In this document: in pieces, positions 50,379-55,668 of the stretch
Layout of the letters: every line of letters starts with the position of its first letter
How positions within the stretch are numbered: position 1 is the stretch's first letter
Assembly (NCBI GenBank): GCA_010093995.1
Contig: ML992503.1
Span: 62,001-117,668 of the forward strand
Source of the DNA: Elsinoe ampelina
Taxonomy: Eukaryota
Reading direction: 5' to 3'
DNA length: 55,668 nucleotides
Notes under the pieces: generated by a model
The model's input: only the letters and a program-made list of their open reading frames with translations
Databases searched by the model: none
What the model was told of the DNA's origin: nothing
Made by a program: the position numbers and the translations under genes

Positions 50379-53318
50379 CTACAGCCTCCTCATCTCAAAA
50401 TCTTCAGTCTGACTCCTACCGACAGGACGAATGTGGCTGTCGCTCCTAATGGCCTGGTTCCCGACAGTGCCAGTTCTGGGATCTAGGGTCCCCTGTCTAT
50501 GCACGTCAGAGACGCCTTGACCTCCGACGCCATTCGCACCAGCAGTGCCGGCAGCAACATGAGCTTCAGGCACGTCTGCGAGACCAGACTCCATGAGGTA
50601 TTCCCTCTCGACGCCTTCTTGATTGGTAGCCGAGCGGTGTCTGCCGAAGAACCTATTCCTGTGCACACTCCTGTTGGTGTCTGTACTGCGCCTAGCAAGT
50701 CCATGTCCCGCGGGTCCGCTACGACTGGTGGTACGGGCAATATCATGGCTGGCTCGAGTGGCCTCCTCGCTGGCCCGCTGTGAGTCACGCTCGCGAGAAG
50801 CAGACACTTCGCGGATCTCAGGTGGCAAGCGAGTGCGTTCGCGATCCTCGTAGACATCCGACATTCCGTCCATGTTGGCGGCGTCTTGGGCCCCGAGCGA
50901 GAAGTCGACCCTGCGATTCATGGCTGCGAGTGATTCGGACCGTTGTCGGCGGGACGGCGCGCGGAAAGACGTGTGACGGTTGAAGTCCTCGGACATGACG
51001 CCCGGTGTGCTTCCAGCGGCAGGAGTGACAAAGTCTGGTTCCTTGTGCTCTTGTGGCATCCAGCCGCGAGGATCGTCGGGATGGCCACCATGTCCCATAC
51101 CAGGGGTGGCCATGTGGGGGATGTTCTGAAGGTATACCGGGAACGACTCCTTCATACCAGGGTAGCGCATACGTGGACCCTCGATTCCGAGCTCTTGCAT
51201 CGTGACCATGAGTGCGCAAATGAACTTGTTGCGGCGGGCGAGACGGAGACCCTCATTCTGCCAATTCGATTTGTAAAAGAAGACGACATTGAGGGTGATG
51301 CTGTGGGCTTCGCTGACTTCGCGGAGTTCGGTGAGGATGTTTGACTGGTACTCGCGCTTCTCGGATTTGACGAACTCGAGTAGACGGGTGCGGAGACCCT
51401 CAATCTGGTCGAGAGTTGTGCCATACTTGAAAGTGATCGGAACAGCCTCTGCCAAACCGCCAGAACGGCGCTGATTGAGGATGAACAGGGTATTGAGGTA
51501 AGAGTTGGGAGCCTGCACGATATGTCCCTCCATCTTCTTGAACTCGGTGTATAGAAGGGAAATCTCCTTGACAAAGTAGTCATCGCCGAGTCCTTTGGCT
51601 CCGGTATTGCCGTAGACAGACACGCGGTCACCGACGTCGAAGGGATGCTTGACGAAGACGAAAATGACCGACTGCAGGAACTCCTGGGCAGTGGCAGAAA
51701 AAAGCCAGGACAAGGCCAAGAGAGCAGACCCAGCAGAAGTAATCGCAGTAGCAGCCGAGGTGCTGATGAGCGAGATGAAAACCAGGATGACGATGATGGC
51801 GACGACAAACATGAAGACATCGTCGAGTTTTGAGACGACGCTATCGAGATCCTTTAAAGAGGCAGTAATGGACTTTCGCTCACGGCCGATCTCGACGCAG
51901 ACGGCCTCGAGCTCTTCCATACTAATGTCGCCGTTCATGTCCTTGTCAAACATGGAGAATGCTGCAGTGGCTTCTTCCTCGTTGCTGAAAGCTTCGGTAA
52001 GATCCTCCTGGTGGACGGTCTGAGTCTCCTCTCGAGCGAAAGTACGGTAAAGTCGACGTGCAAGGACTTGAGATCCGGACGTGCTGTTCAAAAGCTGAAG
52101 TATCACCTGCTGAGGATGCGACGACTTGAGCACGCTCTTTCCAGTAAAGTCACCAGCGACCTTGCCAGCGATGTCACCGAATTTGTTTACAGCCTGCTTG
52201 GTCTGCTTTGTGGCTTCATTGAAGAAAGCTCCAGGAGTGCGAGCTCCAGAGCCAGGACCACTTGGTGCCTCAAATTCGGAGTCTTCCATCGTAATCTTGC
52301 CCTTTGAGAACTCGTAAAGCTTCGCCAGACTGCCGATCTGGAACTTGTTGATCTCAATCCTGTCCTGATAGGTCCTCAAGTGGAAGCTGATGGCGATCAA
52401 CTGAATGATGATTTTCTCGGCGAAATTAAGAATGGCACCAACAAAGATACTAATGATGATCTTGTTGATAGTCGTCATCCAAGGAGCTGTCTCGACACGA
52501 CGATCGAGACGATGGTTCCTCATGGTTGGCAAGAATGAGATCTCGACAGCGAGCCACCAGAAAAAAAGGGTCGCCGGCAGCTCGAGCTGCTTTCCCATGT
52601 CTCTCCATTTTTTGCTGTTGTTGGTAAACAAGCTGCTGACGATACCAATGGGCCAGGGTAGACACTTTGCGAGAAGACGGCCAGCCCAGAGAGTGAGCCA
52701 GACGATCTCTAGCCAGATCATGAACCATACGAGCTCGACACCACCGACGCTGGCGTTGGGGAAGACCAGAGCTCCAAGCAGCAGAGGAATGAGAAGGATG
52801 AGAACCAGAGGAGTGATGTAGGTAAAGTAGCGGACCAGCCAGCTGGATTGATGTACCTTCTTGAAGAAGACGGCGAACTTGTTGCTGGGCTCGACAGTGA
52901 CTGGGTTGTAGACCTGAGCTTTCTCGTGAACGGGATTGGTGGCCACGTCGAACTCATCCACATTATCGTCACGACGTGATCTCGTACGGTTGATGCCATT
53001 CTCGTTCTCTTTTTCCAATGCTTCTTTGACCTGTTGTTCGGCTTGAAGCATGGCGAGGTCGTCGCCCAGTCTGTTGGCTTCTTCTCGCACTCGAGATCGC
53101 GAGACAACGCGGTCGATGTCATGACCATGACTGCTAGGGATCTGGAGATGATCTGTATCTTGTCTGTGGTTGATGTCCTTCTCTTTGAAGCTGCCATTGG
53201 TGTCCCCGAAGACTGTGCCTTCGTCGGATCGGTCATGGCTGTTTGTACGAGCAGCTGTGTTCTGGTCGTGTTGGTCCATGTAGGACTTTCCACCCTTGTC
53301 GTCCACAGGCGTGGTCAT
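50379..53318 (-). CDS. MscS-like mechanosensitive channel with EF-hand (Msy1/Msy2-like)
   Basis: Long single ORF with TM helices, EF-hand [12 protein letters not shown], and MscS core [14 protein letters not shown]...APNS.L...I.N.RRS. Confidence 0.93.
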   Translation of the reverse strand: MTTPVDDKGGKSYMDQHDQNTAARTNSHDRSDEGTVFGDTNGSFKEKDINHRQDTDHLQIPSSHGHDIDRVVSRSRVREEANRLGDDLAMLQAEQQVKEALEKENENGINRTRSRRDDNVDEFDVATNPVHEKAQVYNPVTVEPSNKFAVFFKKVHQSSWLVRYFTYITPLVLILLIPLLLGALVFPNASVGGVELVWFMIWLEIVWLTLWAGRLLAKCLPWPIGIVSSLFTNNSKKWRDMGKQLELPATLFFWWLAVEISFLPTMRNHRLDRRVETAPWMTTINKIIISIFVGAILNFAEKIIIQLIAISFHLRTYQDRIEINKFQIGSLAKLYEFSKGKITMEDSEFEAPSGPGSGARTPGAFFNEATKQTKQAVNKFGDIAGKVAGDFTGKSVLKSSHPQQVILQLLNSTSGSQVLARRLYRTFAREETQTVHQEDLTEAFSNEEEATAAFSMFDKDMNGDISMEELEAVCVEIGRERKSITASLKDLDSVVSKLDDVFMFVVAIIVILVFISLISTSAATAITSAGSALLALSWLFSATAQEFLQSVIFVFVKHPFDVGDRVSVYGNTGAKGLGDDYFVKEISLLYTEFKKMEGHIVQAPNSYLNTLFILNQRRSGGLAEAVPITFKYGTTLDQIEGLRTRLLEFVKSEKREYQSNILTELREVSEAHSITLNVVFFYKSNWQNEGLRLARRNKFICALMVTMQELGIEGPRMRYPGMKESFPVYLQNIPHMATPGMGHGGHPDDPRGWMPQEHKEPDFVTPAAGSTPGVMSEDFNRHTSFRAPSRRQRSESLAAMNRRVDFSLGAQDAANMDGMSDVYEDRERTRLPPEIREVSASRERDSQRASEEATRASHDIARTTSRSGPAGHGLARRSTDTNRSVHRNRFFGRHRSATNQEGVEREYLMESGLADVPEAHVAAGTAGANGVGGQGVSDVHRQGTLDPRTGTVGNQAIRSDSHIRPVGRSQTEDFEMRRL

Positions 53319-54149
53319 GTTGTCGCTCTGCACAGCTGATAGACCAGCTATCTGCTTTCTTGAGAGTATCCAAGTTTCCTTCTCGTGTTTGCTGCAGGGA
53401 TATGACGTTCCGTAAAAGCTTATCGGAGCTGTGTTTCGGTGGGACTCTGTAGCGAATGTGTTGTGATATTAGGGCTATGGCGAGGTTGATGTGGTAAAGA
53501 CCGATGTGCTGTTGGTGGGATTAATGGGAAGAGAAGAGTGAGAGAAGAGACTGGAACGAGCAGCGTGCGAGTGATTGTTCCTTGACATGTGTTTGCCCTG
53601 GCTGGCCAAGGGTCAAGGATGGGTCCAGGATGCATAAAAATCGGCCATTGGGCGCGTTTGGCGAAATTTTGGGGATAGATAAGCTTGTCCAATGACGCAA
53701 CAGGCACCGGGTCCGCCCAAAAATGGATATTTTGGGGTTCCCACTCTTTCTCGTTTTGTGAATTGCTGTCGTGTGCTCAACCGACCGATTCTCTTCAATC
53801 TCGTGTCTTTGATCAATCACGATCGACTCCTTGCCCGGATGACGACGGAGATGATGCCGCTGCTCTTTCACAAGTAAAGCACTCATGTTTCCATGTCTTA
53901 TCAAAGCATCCGAGCGTGCTTTTGCTGCCGGCAGATCGACGGGCTCAAAACGGGCGGCTCAGCGCCACAAGCGCTGTCACCTTTCCTTCAACCACATCCG
54001 TTGTCGAAACGTCCTCGTGGGTCAAAAGGTGGTTTTAGCAGCTGCACAGTCTCTGTAGCAGAGGATCGTCTGGCGTTTTTAGCGGCCGCCTCGATCATAC
54101 TTTAGCCTCACCAAAATAGCTAGCGGCCGACGTACCTTCTAGGCAATCT

Positions 54150-55668
54150 TGGCCAAATTTTGATATTGCTACTGTCGTAATAGCTGGTCGTTGGTATAGA
54201 GCCTTAATTCGTCTAAAAAGGTGTTAGTGCTACTATTATAGATAAAGATAAAGAGCTTAATAAACTACTCCTCCTCTAGCTATATCTCTGTCGCTATTAC
54301 TACTAATAATAGTAGTAGTAGCCTCGGCGCTAAGGCAATAAGAAGAAGAGGCCAATTAGATATTAATATTAGAAGCTCTATCTATACTACTAATTTAACT
54401 AGAGCTTAGAGATATAGTTTAAAGCTACCTTCTATAATAATATAAGGTTTAAGAGAGACTAGATCTCTTACCTTACTAAGCTTCTCTAGATAGATAATAT
54501 TATATTTAGTAACTATAATTAACTATTACTAGAGCTAGTAATAACTCTTATCTTATATTAACTTACCTTTCTAAACTAGTAGACTAATATCTATAATACC
54601 TTTAGCTAATGCTAAGGCTAGTTATTAAGTGTCTTTACTAACGTTATTTACTATATAGATAAGCTCTTCTATAATAGGATAGTATAGTACCTATAGCTTA
54701 ATAATTAAGAACTAATTAAGGAATTTACTAAAGCTATTAAAGATACTAGTAGCTACTCTTAGATATAGAGATTTATTAATAGTACCTTCTAAAGCTTCTA
54801 GAGGCTAATACTAAACTAGTAGAAGGTATATAGTAGTTATTATAGCAGTTATAGCCTTAAGTTCTAAGGGGTAGTAACACTTAATAGATTAGTTAGTTCG
54901 CTAGTTAGTTCTTTTATTAGTAAAGAGAATAACTAGACTATATAGAATTACTTAGTTATAAAGGAAAAGCTATACTATATTAATACTAGATATCTTCCTA
55001 GAGATAAACACTTATACCTTTATAGTAACGCTATCTATTACTTTAGTGTCTTAGTTATAGCTTCTTATAGCTATAAGTATAGCTAGTAATTTCTTAGCAA
55101 GGATAAGCTAGATTTTAACTATATAATATTATTACTCTATATAGTAGTTAAGAACAGCTTTAGTAAAGTTTAATAGAACTAGATATATATAGCTTTTAAT
55201 AAAGGCCTATATAAAGGTAAGTAACTAGTTAGTTTACTAAGAATATAGCTCTCTCTAGATAATTAGGCCCGAAGGTTATATAACTATAGGTTATATAATG
55301 CTAAGTCCTAGGGATTTATAGCTGTTCTTTCCTTCGGTAGATAGACTCCTTAATTAATTAACTCGTCTATTACCTAACTAGTGTGCGGATTAGTTCTATA
55401 TAATACTCTACTCCTAAATATGCCTTCCGCTTAATAGGTTATAAGCCTAGAGCTTATAGCACAAGTATAGAATTATATATATAGTAGTTAGCCTACTACT
55501 TAAACAAAATAAAAGCGGAATTACAATATCCCTACCGCCTTATAGTCAACTATCTAGATACCTTTAGTAAGCCTAGTAGACTATACTATAAGTCGTAAAA
55601 CATTATACTACTTAGGACAATAAGTAGGAATAGTACTTCTATTTAGTATAGGTTTAACTCCTATAATT
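54150..55668 (+). mobile_element. RIP-degraded PIF/Harbinger DNA transposon (DDE_Tnp_4/HARBI1-type transposase)
   Basis: Plus-frame I*RFINSTF (=IWGFIDGTF, ~54763-54789), YSLKF*GVVTLNRLV (=HGLKFQGVVTPDGLV), LYSNAIY (=LYGDAxY), FN..I...VVKNSFSKV (=FN..M...AVENGFGKV). Element ends not resolved. Confidence 0.82.

Overview
Fungal (filamentous ascomycete, probably Dothideomycete-like) genomic DNA. A ~41.5 kb GC-balanced gene island (~12.6-54.1 kb) lies between two AT-rich blocks degraded by repeat-induced point mutation (RIP). The left block holds two Ty3/Gypsy retrotransposons, one complete with 204-bp LTRs and a GAAGT target-site duplication. The right block holds a PIF/Harbinger transposase relic. 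The island is bounded by conserved genes (Yos9/OS-9, MscS-type channel) and filled with accessory genes: a secreted protein, an SDR, a sugar porter, a stand-alone thioesterase, two GH18 chitinases (one with a nonsense codon), a multicopper oxidase, a GH16, a compact chitin synthase, an 83-aa 8-Cys secreted peptide missed by the ORF track, a Pth11-like receptor, a Mid2-like membrane protein and three further gene relics. The best candidate for an undescribed system is a 4-gene block at 17.8-27.4 kb. It comprises a signal-less KP43-type subtilase, a signal-less protein with the zinc-ligand spacing of P1-nuclease/phospholipase C behind an acidic pro-segment, a small beta-rich protein with a similar acidic leader, and a HeLo-like/TPR/ankyrin protein. 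This suggests a protease-activated toxin or cell-death module, but that reading is inference and untested. Exon structures were read by eye and no database searches were run.
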